Source: an uncultured Candidatus Entotheonella sp. (GTDB lineage Bacteria; Tectomicrobia; Entotheonellia; Entotheonellales; Entotheonellaceae). From it: a DNA stretch of 64,000 nucleotides. The number at the start of each line of letters is the position of its first letter. The first letter of the stretch is position 1. The translations under genes were made by a program, and so were the position numbers. Below, one piece after another: positions 1-10,745 of the stretch. The stretch is taken from the NCBI GenBank assembly GCA_965215335.1, contig CBDCDA010000001.1, positions 448,001 through 512,000 of the forward strand, written 5' to 3'. Below the pieces are notes generated by a model. It saw nothing but the letters and a program-made list of their open reading frames with translations. It searched no databases and was not told the DNA's origin.

Positions 1-257
1 ACGTAGGGCAGGGGGGTCTTGACCTCGCGCACGAACGGGCGGTGGAGAATCTCAAAGGAATAAAGGGTGCCCTTGCCGCTGGCTTCGATCCAGGAGAGGT
101 TGCGGGAGTGGGTGAACGGCGAGACGGCGCGCGGGTAGAAGAAGACCTGGCCGGTGTCGTCGCATCTGGGCAGCAGCAGCCTGCCTTCCTTCAGGCCGTC
201 CCAGAACGGCCTGGTTTCCGGGGTTATCGGGGCTGGCAGGGGGCGTTCGAGTTCCAT
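1..257 (-). CDS. Zn-ribbon/OB-fold (DUF35-like) protein, partial (runs off the window start)
   Basis: Not in the ORF track. Manual translation from ATG 257 (RBS GGAAAGG): MELERPLPAPITPETRPFWDGLKEGRLLLPRCDDTGQVFFYPRAVSPFTHSRNLSWIEASGKGTLYSF, a DUF35 pattern. Divergent from an acyl-CoA dehydrogenase. Confidence 0.85.
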   Translation of the reverse strand, partial: MELERPLPAPITPETRPFWDGLKEGRLLLPRCDDTGQVFFYPRAVSPFTHSRNLSWIEASGKGTLYSFEILHRPFVREVKTPLPY

Positions 258-440
258 CGGTTTCCTTTCCGAAGCGTGGCCAGAGGCCGGTAACGGGTTG
301 GGGTTGGCTGGGCACCACTATACGCCGATTGCGTGGCGGAATCCACGGCAGCTGCGGGTGCTATTGACTCGCCGGGCCGTTTTGGCCATGCTGACTGGCC
401 CGGCCGTGCGCCTGGAGAAACGGCGGACCCACTGAGGAGA

Positions 441-1640
441 ATGGCCATGCCCCGGCGGATGAATGGTTACCTGGAACCCCTGGTGGCGGCGGAACGGTTC
501 ATGTTCTACCAGGCGGTGTGCGACTTCGCGCATCAGGAGATCGCGCCGCACCTGCTGAGTTGGGAACGGCAACGCTGCCTGCTGCCCGAAAAGGCCCTGC
601 GGGCGATGGCGGACCTGGGGCTGTTCGGCCTTACGGTCGGGGAACAATACGGCGGTCAGGGCGGGCGGCAAACGGAGCTGGTGCTCATGGGTCTGGCGCT
701 GGGCTATCACAGTCACAGCGTCGCCATCACGCCGGGCGCCGCCGCCAGCCTGGGCATCAAGCCACTGCAGTTGTGTGGGCACGAGGATCAGAAACAAGCC
801 CACCTCCCGGACCTGGCGGCGGGCCGCCGCATGTTCGTCTTCGGCCTGTCGGAGCCGGGTCGCGGCTCCGACGCCGCCAATCCGCAAGTCACTGCCACAC
901 GCGTCCCCGGCGGCTGGCGTCTGCAGGGCGAGAAGTGTTGGTCCACCAATGCCAAATGGGCCAGCCACATCATCGTGCACGCCATGACCCGGCCACAGAA
1001 TCCGCCCGGCCACCGCTCCACCTGCTTCATCGTGTCGATGGACGATCCCGCCCTCTCGTACCATGAAATGAGCGGCAAGGAGGTGTGGCTGCAATCCTCC
1101 ACCGGCGCCATCACCCTGGACGGCGTCGAGGTGCCGGAATCGGCCATGCTGGGCGAGGAGGACGAGGGCTTCCAGGTGATGGTGACGACGCTGAACGGCG
1201 GCCGCTTGTTCATCGCGTCTCTGGCGTTGGCCTCGCTGGCGTTCGCGCTGGACGCCTGCCGCGGCTACGCGCAGGAGCGCCGGCAGTTCGCCGACCAGCC
1301 CATCGGGCGTTTCCAGCGCGTGCAGGACGTGCTGCTGGACATGGACGTCGCTCTGGAGCAGGGCCTCACCTGGCTGATGCACTGCGCGGCCCGGTACGAG
1401 GCCGGCAAGCTGAGCCGCGAATCCGCTGCCAAGGTCAAGATCGAGTGTTCGCGGCGCGCCTCCGAGCTGCTGCCGCTGGCCATGGAAATCTGTGGCGGCG
1501 TTGCCTGTCTCGACGAGTTCGGCCTCATCCGCCACCAGCGCGACCTGTTCGTGTGCCGCGTCGGCGAGGGTAGCAATTTCGCGCTCAAAACGCTGGCGGT
1601 ACGGCCGTTGATGCCCGGCATCGGGGATTTGTTGCATTAG
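441..1640 (+). CDS. Acyl-CoA dehydrogenase family protein
   Basis: FGLSEPGRGSD, GEKCWSTN, RRQFADQPIGRFQ and VGEGSN motifs; GAGGAG RBS before ATG 441. Confidence 0.9.
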   Translation: MAMPRRMNGYLEPLVAAERFMFYQAVCDFAHQEIAPHLLSWERQRCLLPEKALRAMADLGLFGLTVGEQYGGQGGRQTELVLMGLALGYHSHSVAITPGAAASLGIKPLQLCGHEDQKQAHLPDLAAGRRMFVFGLSEPGRGSDAANPQVTATRVPGGWRLQGEKCWSTNAKWASHIIVHAMTRPQNPPGHRSTCFIVSMDDPALSYHEMSGKEVWLQSSTGAITLDGVEVPESAMLGEEDEGFQVMVTTLNGGRLFIASLALASLAFALDACRGYAQERRQFADQPIGRFQRVQDVLLDMDVALEQGLTWLMHCAARYEAGKLSRESAAKVKIECSRRASELLPLAMEICGGVACLDEFGLIRHQRDLFVCRVGEGSNFALKTLAVRPLMPGIGDLLH

Positions 1641-1773
1641 GTTTATTGAGATTCGTTGTGAATTGCTGATGGCAGCGCCGGCGTGGAATGGCAGCGAAGC
1701 TGCTATCGGTCCTAGAAGCACGCATGGCAAGCATGAGTCAAACTCTAATCCAGTCAGATTAGGATCGCCCGAT

Positions 1774-3498
1774 ATGGATACGAATCTACGGTACCCCCAG
1801 GAGTTGTTCGCTCAGCCGATTCGTTACGAAATCCCCGACTTCCAGCGCCGCTACGTGTGGAAGCAGGAAGAGCAGTGGGAACCCCTATGGGACGATGTGG
1901 CAGAACTAGCCCAGTCGATCATAGAGGACGGTCGAACCAGACCTCACTTCATGGGTGCGGTCGTTCTAACCACGGTTCCCCACAGGGACTATCGGGCGCC
2001 GAATCGTGGTGGATGGCCAACAGCGGTTGACCACCCTTCAGCTACTCATTGATGCGATACAGGAGATTCTTGAGGATCGAGGGCACCCCGACCCGGCGGG
2101 GCGTCTCTCGACCCTCGTCGTCAACCCTAACGCTTTCTTCGGTGGAGACCCGGACAATGCCTTCAAGGTATGGCCCTCGGCTGTGGACAGATCGGCTTTC
2201 CGACATGCAATGAGCAATGGTTTGTCCGGAAGCGACTACGCAAAGTCTCAGATAGTCCAGGCCCACGCCTACTTCAAGGGTCAGGCGGGGCAATGGCTTG
2301 ACAAGTTCGCCGAGGAAACTAGAGAACGCGACAAGGCTGCTGCTTCGGCGCTGGAAGAAGCTGTGCGCATGAACTTGGAGCTCGTGGTCATCGATCTCGG
2401 CGATTCCGACGATCCACACGTCATATTCGAGACGCTAAACGCTCGGGGCACTCCACTCCTCCAATCAGACATGGTCAAGAACAAAATTCTACATGACGCA
2501 GAGATTGGGGTAAGCGATGACAACACCGGGCGGTCGCCCGAGGAAAGGCGGCTTTGGGGGTTCGACGAAGACGACTGGTGGGCACAGGAAGTCGGGCGGG
2601 GGCTACAAAGACGACCGCGTGGCGATGTGTTTCTCAACCACTGGCTGACGCTCCGCATAGAGGAGGTCGCTAGGGACATTGGCGACCTCGGGCGCATTTA
2701 TCGTGAAGTAGAAGAAGTGCGGCGAAGGGATATCGCGCCTTTCCTGGAGAGACGCAACGCGATGAACGTAGGCGTAGTTACACCACTCCTGCTCTGGCTG
2801 CTGTCCTCTAAGGTGTCGCAGGTCACGCTGGTCAATTGTCTGAGGGCACTTGAGAGCTTCTTGGTCCGGCGCGTCGTGTGTGGATACAGTGCGAGGGGCT
2901 ATGGCGAGCTATTCGTGGCGCTGCTCGCGAGGTTAGCCGGGACTCCGATAGACAATGCAGACAGAGTCGTCGTCTCCTACCTGGGGGAACGGACCGCCCA
3001 AGCCGGTCTGTGGCCCGACGATCAAGAACTCCGAGGAAGGTTCGTAACCGCACCACTCTACCAATGGCTAACGCGAGGACGAGTCAGAATGGTGCTGATG
3101 GGAATCGAAGAGCAACTGCGCACCAACAAGGCCGAAACTCAGGAAGTACCCGACGATCTGCACATCGAACACGTCATGCCTCAAGCATGGCACACAGTTG
3201 GCCCCTCCCGGACGGGACAGAGGACGACGGCGAAGCCGCTATCAACCGTGAACGGGCGATCCACACGATCGCCAACCTCACGCTTGTGAACGGGCGTCTG
3301 AACTCGTCTTTGTCGAATGCTCCATGGGACAGGAAGCGGAAAACACTGGCCGACCACAGCGTGCTGTTCCTGAACAAGGAACTCGTCAACGAGGGACCGG
3401 ATATCTGGGATGAGCACGCCATAGAAGTACGTGCAGAGTGGCTTCACGAGAAGGCCGTCAAGATTTGGCCGCACGCGAACGATTTCGACATGGCGTGA
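1774..3498 (+). pseudogene. GmrSD-type DUF262 + DUF1524 (HNH) restriction endonuclease, frameshifted
   Basis: IPDFQRRYVW, VDGQQRLTT, FETLNARG, IEHVMPQ and IANLTLVN..LNSSLSN motifs lie in three successive ORFs; frameshifts near 1970 and 3195. Confidence 0.85.
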
Positions 3499-3648
3499 CC
3501 AGGAAACGTAAGACAGCTCGGAGTTCAAGGGGACGGCGGGACGTGTTGCCTGTGTTTATCCCGCGATTATGGGAGCTTGAATTTATAGCGGTTTGCTTTT
3601 GTATGCCTGGCTTATCATGTCGTGAGCCTGAAGCATGAAAATGGGAGC

Positions 3649-3725
3649 GTCACCCCGGCGAAAGTCGGGGTCCAGGGGTTTTCGGACGCCAAAGGTCACT
3701 GGATTCCGGCATGCGCCGGAATGAC
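3649..3725. repeat. REP-like palindrome doublet
   Basis: gtcaccccggcgaaagtcggggtccag ... ctggattccggcatgcgccggaatgac: two inverted hairpin units of the GTCAyyCC..GAAA..GGrrTCCAG type. Confidence 0.7.
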
Positions 3726-3973
3726 AGCTTTGGGGGCGCTGGCCCATCACGCCAACGGCTGTTCTTACGGTAAGACATCGGATGCTCAGGGCTGGTTTTG
3801 CCCATTGCGACTATCCCATATGGTCATACGAAAACCGCTCTTAAGAGAATATCGGGGAAGACTGAATCTCAACTCTTCCTCATACCAGTCCACTCCCTCA
3901 AGGGCGAGGGAGCAGCGAAGTGTGAGCCGCCAGACTATCTTCGGATCAGCCTGATGCACCAAGCGGGGGCCTC

Positions 3974-5062
3974 ATGACGACGCGTGTCCACAACTTCAAT
4001 GCCGGGCCGGCGGCGCTGCCGCTGCCCGTCTTGCAGCAGGTGCAGACAGACCTGCTCGATTTCGGCGGCACCGGCATGTCCATCCTGGAAACCAGCCACC
4101 GCGGTCCGGTGTACGACGAGATCCACCGGCAGGCCATCGCCGACCTGCGGGAGTTGTTCGGCGGCAGCGACGACCACGCCATCCTGTTCATGGGCGGCGG
4201 CGCGCAGACGCAGTTCGCCCTGATACCGATGAACCTGCTGCCCCAGGGCCGGTATGCTGCCTACCTGGAGACCGGCGTCTGGGGCGAGGCGGCCCGAGAG
4301 GAGGCCAACAAGGTCGGCGACGCCCGCACCCTGTGGTCCAGCGCCGCCAGCGGTCATGACCGTGTCCCCGGGCCTGACGACTACCAAGTGCCCCCGGACG
4401 CCGCCTATCTGCATTACACCAGCAACAACTCGATCATGGGCACGCAGTACGCCGCCGTGCCCGAAACGGGCGACGTGCCGCTGGTCTGTGACATGTCGTC
4501 GGACATCCTGAGCTATCCCGTCGACCTGAAGCGGTTCGGACTTGTCTACGGCGGTGCCCAGAAGAATATGGGGACGGCCGGCGTCACCCTGGTGGTCATC
4601 CGGCGCGACCTGCTGGCGTGCTGCCGCCCCGACCTGCCGACGATGCTGAGCTATCCCGGCATGGCCGCCACCAACTCGCTGCAGAACACGCCACCGGTGT
4701 TCGCCATCTACATCGTCGGCCTGGTCGCCCGGCACCTGCTGGAGCAGGGCGGCATGGTGGCGGTGGCGACCCGCAACGATAAAAAGGCCACGCTCCTGTA
4801 CGGCGCCATCGACGATTCCGGCGGCTTTTACCGCGGCCACGCGCAGCCGGGCAGCCGCTCGCGCATGAACGTCACGTTCCACTTGCCGAGCGAGAACTCG
4901 ACGGCCCTGTTCATCAAGGAGGCTTTCGGGGAAGGGCTGCAGGGTCTGAAAGGGCATCAGGCCCTGGGCGGCATTCGCGTTTCCCTGTACAATGCCGTGA
5001 CCGTCGAGGCCGTACGCGCCCTGGCGGACTTCATGGCGGCGTTCCGCAAGCGGCATGGCTGA
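3974..5062 (+). CDS. serC: Phosphoserine aminotransferase
   Basis: NFNAGPAALP, GGGAQTQF, DMSS, GGAQKN (PLP lysine), NTPP, GH..LGGIRVSLYNA. Confidence 0.96.
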   Translation: MTTRVHNFNAGPAALPLPVLQQVQTDLLDFGGTGMSILETSHRGPVYDEIHRQAIADLRELFGGSDDHAILFMGGGAQTQFALIPMNLLPQGRYAAYLETGVWGEAAREEANKVGDARTLWSSAASGHDRVPGPDDYQVPPDAAYLHYTSNNSIMGTQYAAVPETGDVPLVCDMSSDILSYPVDLKRFGLVYGGAQKNMGTAGVTLVVIRRDLLACCRPDLPTMLSYPGMAATNSLQNTPPVFAIYIVGLVARHLLEQGGMVAVATRNDKKATLLYGAIDDSGGFYRGHAQPGSRSRMNVTFHLPSENSTALFIKEAFGEGLQGLKGHQALGGIRVSLYNAVTVEAVRALADFMAAFRKRHG

Positions 5063-6025
5063 GTGGCGATGGGAAGAGGGGACGTGAAGGCGCGGTACCT
5101 GTCGTTCAAACCGTTCCTGCCGTGGTGGAACGTCGAGCGGCCCATCGACTGGCCGGGGCAGTTCGGCTCGCAGGCTTCCCTGGAAGTGGAAATCGGCTTT
5201 GGCAACGGCGAATTTCTGGTGCGCCGGGCGCACCAGCAACCGGAGCGGCACTTCATCGGTATCGAGCGCGAGTGGGCGTCGGTGCAGCGCGCCCTGCGGC
5301 GCGTGGCGCAGGCGCAGGCCGCCAACGTCCGCCTGCTGCTGGTCGATGCCCACCTGGCGCTGCAGCGTCTCTTCGAGCCGCTCGCCTTGCAGCGTGTCTA
5401 CAGCCTGTTCCCGTGCCCGTGGCCGAAGGCGCGCCACGCCAAGCATCGCCTGTTCTCGCACGCCTTCCTCACGCTTCTCAACAGCCGCCTGCAGCCGCAT
5501 GGCGAGGTGTACGTCGTCACCGACCACGAGCCCTACCTGCGATGGGTTCTGGAGCAGGTTCCCGGCAGCGGCTTCGAGGCGGATTGGCGAGTCACCGCGC
5601 CGCATTTTCGCACCAGATATGAACGCAAGTGGGTGGCCAGTGGACAGCAGGAATTTCATGATCTGCGGCTGCACAAGGTCGCGCACCACGATGTGCCGCT
5701 GACGGAGGAGACCGACGTGCAGGCTCGCCGTGTGGACCCGTTCGATCCCCGGCAGTTGCAACTGCCCCGTGCCGGCAAGGTTCGTCACGCCCACCCGCCG
5801 GTCACCGTCCGCTACCGGGAGTTTCTCTACGACCCGGAACGCCGCAAGGCCATGGTCGCGGTACTCGTTGCCGAGGCGGACCTGACGCAGAATTTCTGGA
5901 TCGAGATCGCCTGCCGCGGCGATCATTGGACCATTCGTCCCGCCCACGGCTGCGGCTTCGTGCCCACCGCCGGCGTGCAGCACGCCGTCGATCTGATCTG
6001 GGAAGCGGTCGCCGGTCAGGCATGA
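5063..6025 (+). CDS. trmB: tRNA (guanine-N7)-methyltransferase with C-terminal extension
   Basis: LEVEIGFGNGEF, FPCPWPKARHAKHRL, VTDH, TRYERKW; start codon uncertain. Confidence 0.85.
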   Translation: MAMGRGDVKARYLSFKPFLPWWNVERPIDWPGQFGSQASLEVEIGFGNGEFLVRRAHQQPERHFIGIEREWASVQRALRRVAQAQAANVRLLLVDAHLALQRLFEPLALQRVYSLFPCPWPKARHAKHRLFSHAFLTLLNSRLQPHGEVYVVTDHEPYLRWVLEQVPGSGFEADWRVTAPHFRTRYERKWVASGQQEFHDLRLHKVAHHDVPLTEETDVQARRVDPFDPRQLQLPRAGKVRHAHPPVTVRYREFLYDPERRKAMVAVLVAEADLTQNFWIEIACRGDHWTIRPAHGCGFVPTAGVQHAVDLIWEAVAGQA

Positions 6026-6036
6026 AGGAGACGCCC

Positions 6037-7101
6037 ATGCAGCCCAATCAATCCTCCGGTACGCGCACCGACTTGCGGGACGGTTTTTCGGACCAACTGC
6101 ACCCGACCGTTCCCCTCGACCTGGCAGGCATCGAGAGCTTTTCGGACCTCGTCGCGGCCATGAGCCGGACGGCCTTTGGCGGGCGCAATCTCGGCGAGGC
6201 CGCCGACGTGTTGCATGACATGGTCGTCGACCCGGACTGCTTCGTGGTGGGCACCTTCTCCGGCGCCATGACCATCGCCAAGATGGGCCTGGTGCTTTCC
6301 GACATGATCGAGTACCGCATGCTCGACGCCGTGGTGTCCACCGGCGCCCTGATGGCGCACGGGTTCGTCGAAGCCGCCGGGCGCACGCATTTCAAATACG
6401 ACCCCGCCATGGACGACCGCGAACTGTATTACCGCGGCTACAACCGCGTCTACGACACCCTCGAGCTAGAAAAGAACCTCGACGACATATTTCACCTTCT
6501 GGTGCACGTGCTGGAATCCGTCGATCCGGCCCACACCCTGAGCAGCCACGAGATCAACCGCCTGCTCGGCGTCTATCTGTTGGAGCAGGGGGCGGGCCGC
6601 GGCATTCTGCAAAGCGCCTGCAAGCACCAGGTGCCGGTCTACGTGCCGGCCTTCACCGATTCCGAGCTGGGGTTGGACTTCGCGTTCTACAACCGCCAGC
6701 GGCGCGTTACCGGCAAGCCGGCCTTCACCTTCGACCCGTTTCTGGACCTGGACGACTACGCCGACCGCCTGCGTCCCCGTGAGACGCTGGGCATTTTCAC
6801 CATCGGCGGCGGCGTACCCCGCAATTGGGCACAGCAGGTCGGCCCGTATCTGGACTACATCCAGAAACGTATCGGCCACGGCGGCGCCTTCCGGCGTTTC
6901 AAGTACGGCGTGCGCATCTGTCCCGAGCCGGTGCACTGGGGCGGCTTGTCGGGCTGCACCTACGCCGAGGGCATCTCGTGGGGCAAGTTCGTACCGTCCA
7001 ACGAGGGGGGGCGATTCGCCGAAGTGGCGTGCGACGCCACCATCGCCTGGCCGCTGCTCATCAAGAGCGTGCAGGAGCGCCTGGCGGCGCGAGAGACGTG
7101 A
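6037..7101 (+). CDS. Deoxyhypusine synthase-like protein (possible homospermidine synthase)
   Basis: TAFGGRNL, VSTGA, PAFTDSELG, GGGVPRNW, EGISWGK (catalytic Lys motif); AAGGAG RBS. Confidence 0.9.
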   Translation: MQPNQSSGTRTDLRDGFSDQLHPTVPLDLAGIESFSDLVAAMSRTAFGGRNLGEAADVLHDMVVDPDCFVVGTFSGAMTIAKMGLVLSDMIEYRMLDAVVSTGALMAHGFVEAAGRTHFKYDPAMDDRELYYRGYNRVYDTLELEKNLDDIFHLLVHVLESVDPAHTLSSHEINRLLGVYLLEQGAGRGILQSACKHQVPVYVPAFTDSELGLDFAFYNRQRRVTGKPAFTFDPFLDLDDYADRLRPRETLGIFTIGGGVPRNWAQQVGPYLDYIQKRIGHGGAFRRFKYGVRICPEPVHWGGLSGCTYAEGISWGKFVPSNEGGRFAEVACDATIAWPLLIKSVQERLAARET

Positions 7102-8114
7102 CGGCCGTTTTACGTCCCCGCGTGTCCATCCTGCTGCCGGTCTGGAACGCCGTGCAAACCCTGCCGGCGTGCCTGGACAGCCTGCAACGCCAGAGCGAGG
7201 AACGCTGGCACTGCATGATCGTCGATGACGGCTCCCAGGACGACACCTTGGCGTGCGTCCGTGACGTTGCCGCCCGGGACCCGCGCTTTGAAATCATCAG
7301 CACGCCCCATCGCGGCATCGTTGCCGCCCTGAACACCGGGCTGCAGCGGTGCCGCGCCCCCCTCATTGCCCGCATGGACGCCGACGACCTGATGCACCGC
7401 CACCGCCTGGCGGCGCAGGCCCAGGCGCTGCGGGACGATCCCCGGCTTGCTGCCGTCGGCTGCCACGTTCGCCTGTTTCCACGCCCCCATCTGCGTCCCG
7501 GTCGGCGCGCCTACGAGCGCTGGTTGAACAGCCTGGACTCGCCGGAGCGCATACGGCAGGACGCCTTTGTCGAGTGTCCGGTGGCGCACCCGACGCTGAT
7601 GGTACGCCGCGCCCTGTTGATGGACCTCGGCTACCGTGACTGCGGCTGGCCGGAGGATTACGATCTGCTGTTGCGCGCCCTGACGCGTGGTTGGCGAATA
7701 GGTATGGTGCCGTGGCGGCTGTTGAGCTGGCGCGACGCCCCGCAACGCTTGTCCCGTACCCATCCGGCCTACAATCTGGACCGCTTCACGGCCTGCAAGG
7801 CCGCCTTCCTCGCCGGTCACTTTCTGGCGTCAGTGGATACCTATGTGCTATGGGGCTACGGTAGCACCGGCAAGGCGCTGCGCCGTGCCCTGCTACGGCA
7901 CGGCAAGACGCCCTCGCACATCGTCGAACTGCATCCCGGACGACTGGGCAGGCGGATTCACGGCGCCCCGGTCGTCCCGCCGCAAGCCCTGCCGGGCCTG
8001 CCGCGGCGTCCGCTAATCGCCTCGGTGGCCGGCGAGCAGGCGAGGGGCGAGATTCGGGACACCCTCGGAGGCATGGGATTTGTCGAGAGCCGGGATTTCG
8101 TCTGTGCGGCCTGA
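7098..8114 (+). CDS. Glycosyltransferase family 2 protein
   Basis: VSILLPVWN, VDDGSQD, ARMDADD, EDYDL; GTG overlaps the upstream stop. Confidence 0.88.
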   Translation: MTAVLRPRVSILLPVWNAVQTLPACLDSLQRQSEERWHCMIVDDGSQDDTLACVRDVAARDPRFEIISTPHRGIVAALNTGLQRCRAPLIARMDADDLMHRHRLAAQAQALRDDPRLAAVGCHVRLFPRPHLRPGRRAYERWLNSLDSPERIRQDAFVECPVAHPTLMVRRALLMDLGYRDCGWPEDYDLLLRALTRGWRIGMVPWRLLSWRDAPQRLSRTHPAYNLDRFTACKAAFLAGHFLASVDTYVLWGYGSTGKALRRALLRHGKTPSHIVELHPGRLGRRIHGAPVVPPQALPGLPRRPLIASVAGEQARGEIRDTLGGMGFVESRDFVCAA

Positions 8115-8237
8115 CCTCGCCTTTGAACCCGGAGCAGCCGTCGCCGATTCCCGCTACAGAAGCCTCGGGCGGCGTGCTACGATAGGATCGTTGGCACCAG
8201 CAAGAAACTCTGGCCTCGTCTCTTACCCGGATTCGGC

Positions 8238-9098
8238 ATGAATATCCTGATCGCAGGTTGCGGCTACGTCGGCACCGCCCTGGGAACGTGTCTGGCTGCC
8301 GACGGGCATGACGTGTGGGGCTTGCGGCGGCGTCCCGGAGGGCTGCCGGATACCGTGCGGCCGCTGGCCGCGGACCTGTCGGACGCCGCCACGCTGCGGG
8401 GGCTGCCGCCGGGTCTGGACGTCGTGTACTACACCGCCGGGGCGGCGAACGGCTCGGAGGCAGCCTACCGAGCGGCATACGTCGACGGCCCGAGCCATTT
8501 GCTGGAGGCGTTGCAACAACAGGGTCAGCGGCCGCGCCGGGTGGTGTTCACCTCCAGCACCGGGGTTTACGCGCAGGGCCGTGGCGAGTGGGTCGACGAA
8601 GACTCCCCGGCCGAACCGCAGCATGCCGGCGGGCGGCAGCTGCTGGCGGGCGAGCTCCTCTTTCTGGAAAGCGCCTTTCCCGCCACCGTGTTGCGTCTGG
8701 CCGGCATCTACGGGCCGGGGCGTACCCGCCTGATCGACAGCCTGAGGCAGCGCATCGCGACGTATCAGGACAGCCCGCCGGTCTATCTCAATCTCATTCA
8801 CCGCGCCGACTGCGTCGGCGCGTTGCGTCATCTGACGACCCTGGCCCGCCCGGCGTCGCTGTACATCGGGGTCGATTACCAGCCCGTCGAGCGCGGCACC
8901 CTGCTGCGCTGGCTTTCCGGCATGCTGGACACCCCGCCGCCGCGCCTGGTGACGGCTGCGGCGAACCGCCGCAGCAACAAGCGCTGCCGCAACGCCCGTC
9001 TGGTGGCCTCCGGTTACTCGTTCCTGCATCCCACCTTTCAACACGGCTACAGCGCCATCATCGACGCGCCAAGCAAGGAGAAAAAGCCCTATGTCTAA
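8238..9098 (+). CDS. NAD-dependent epimerase/atypical SDR family protein
   Basis: GCGYVG Rossmann motif, TSSTGVY, LRLAGIYGPGR. Confidence 0.88.
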   Translation: MNILIAGCGYVGTALGTCLAADGHDVWGLRRRPGGLPDTVRPLAADLSDAATLRGLPPGLDVVYYTAGAANGSEAAYRAAYVDGPSHLLEALQQQGQRPRRVVFTSSTGVYAQGRGEWVDEDSPAEPQHAGGRQLLAGELLFLESAFPATVLRLAGIYGPGRTRLIDSLRQRIATYQDSPPVYLNLIHRADCVGALRHLTTLARPASLYIGVDYQPVERGTLLRWLSGMLDTPPPRLVTAAANRRSNKRCRNARLVASGYSFLHPTFQHGYSAIIDAPSKEKKPYV

Positions 9099-10695
9099 GA
9101 TGACCGGTGGGCAAGCCCTGGCAAAATCGCTGCACCGCGAAGGCGTGCGGGTCATTTTCGGCCTGCCCGGCGTGCAGATCTACCACTTGCTCGACGGCCT
9201 GTACGACGAAGCGGACATCCGCTTCATCCCGGTGCGCCACGAACAGGCCACCAGCTACATGGCGGACGGCTACGCGCGTGCCAGCGGCGGCGTCGGCACG
9301 GCACTGGTGGTGCCCGGCCCCGGCCTGCAGAACGCCTCGGCGGGCATCGGCACGGCGTACTCGGCGTCGTCGCCCATCCTGGTGGTGTCGGGGCAGATCC
9401 AGCGCGACTTCATCGGCGTGGATCGGGGCATGCTGCACGAGGTGAATGACCAACTGGATACCATTCGTCCGGTGACCAAGTGGACGCGGCGGATTCTGAA
9501 GGCGCCGGAGGTGCCGGAGGCGGTGCACGAAGCGTTCTACCAGTTGAAGACGGGCCGCCCGCGCCCGGTGGAAATCGAAATCCCCCCGGAGACGCTGGCC
9601 GAAACCGCCGACGTCAGGCTGCTCGACCCGGCTGCGCCCGAGCGCGCGGCGGCCAGCGCTGACAGCGTTCAGGCGGGCGCCGCAACGCTGAAGGAGGCCA
9701 GCAAGCCGCTGATTCTGGCGGGCGGCGGGGCGATTTCGTCGCAGGCCGGCGCGGCGCTGCAACGGCTGGCGGAGTACCTGCAGGCGCCGGTCCTCACCAC
9801 CAGCGAGGGCAAAGGGGCGCTGTCCGACCGCCACGACCTGGCGCTCGGCGCCCTGCGGCTGCGGCACGACCCGATTACCGGCGACTACGTCAAGCAGACG
9901 GACGTGGTGCTGGCGGTGGGTACGCGGCTGGCCAATCCCGAAATGCTCGACGGCCAGACGGTGGTGCAGATCGACATCGATCCGGCAGAGATCGGCCGCA
10001 ACTACGCGAAGACGGTCGGTCTGGTCGGGGATGCAAAGAAAACCCTGGAAGCCCTGTACGACGCGGTCAGCGGCCTCATGCCCGCGCAGTCGGGCCGCGA
10101 GCAGGAGATTGCCGCCGTCAAGCAGGCGCGCCGTTCCAGCGAGCACGCCCAGTTGCAGCCGCTGGCCGGGTTCGTCGGCGCCATCCGCAATGCGGTGCCG
10201 GACGACGGCATCATCATCTGCGGCATGACGCAGGTGGGGTATTACAGCCGCGCCTATTTCCCCGTTTATCACCCCGGCACGTTCTTTACGTCCTCGTATT
10301 TCGGCAACCTGGGCTACGCCTATCCCACCGCCCTCGGCGCCAAGGTCGCCCGTCCCGACAGGGCTGTGGTCGCCATCTCCGGCGACGGCGGCTTCCTGTA
10401 CAACGCCCAGGAAATGGCCACCGCGGTGCAGCAGAAGATCAACGCCGTCGTCATCGTCTTCAACGACAACGCCTTCGGCAACGTCCTGCGCGACCAGCGC
10501 GACCGCTTCCAGGGGCGCGTCTACGGCTCGGAACTGCACAACCCGGATTTCATGACCCTCGCCAAGGCATACGGCGTGCGCGGCACGCGGGCCACCACCG
10601 CAGAAGAACTCGAAGCGCAGCTCCGCGCGGCGCTGGAGGTGGAGGCGCCAACGCTGATCGAGGTGCCGTGCGGGCCGATGCCGTATCCGTATTGA
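9091..10695 (+). CDS. Thiamine pyrophosphate-dependent enzyme (acetolactate synthase-like)
   Basis: FGLPG, RHEQ..YMADGYAR, GDGGF...NDN ThDP-binding motif. Confidence 0.9.
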   Translation: MSKMTGGQALAKSLHREGVRVIFGLPGVQIYHLLDGLYDEADIRFIPVRHEQATSYMADGYARASGGVGTALVVPGPGLQNASAGIGTAYSASSPILVVSGQIQRDFIGVDRGMLHEVNDQLDTIRPVTKWTRRILKAPEVPEAVHEAFYQLKTGRPRPVEIEIPPETLAETADVRLLDPAAPERAAASADSVQAGAATLKEASKPLILAGGGAISSQAGAALQRLAEYLQAPVLTTSEGKGALSDRHDLALGALRLRHDPITGDYVKQTDVVLAVGTRLANPEMLDGQTVVQIDIDPAEIGRNYAKTVGLVGDAKKTLEALYDAVSGLMPAQSGREQEIAAVKQARRSSEHAQLQPLAGFVGAIRNAVPDDGIIICGMTQVGYYSRAYFPVYHPGTFFTSSYFGNLGYAYPTALGAKVARPDRAVVAISGDGGFLYNAQEMATAVQQKINAVVIVFNDNAFGNVLRDQRDRFQGRVYGSELHNPDFMTLAKAYGVRGTRATTAEELEAQLRAALEVEAPTLIEVPCGPMPYPY

Positions 10696-10745
10696 GACCG
10701 AGGGGGGGGCGTGCATGATGGCCCGTGCAGCTTTCCGAGGTGCAA

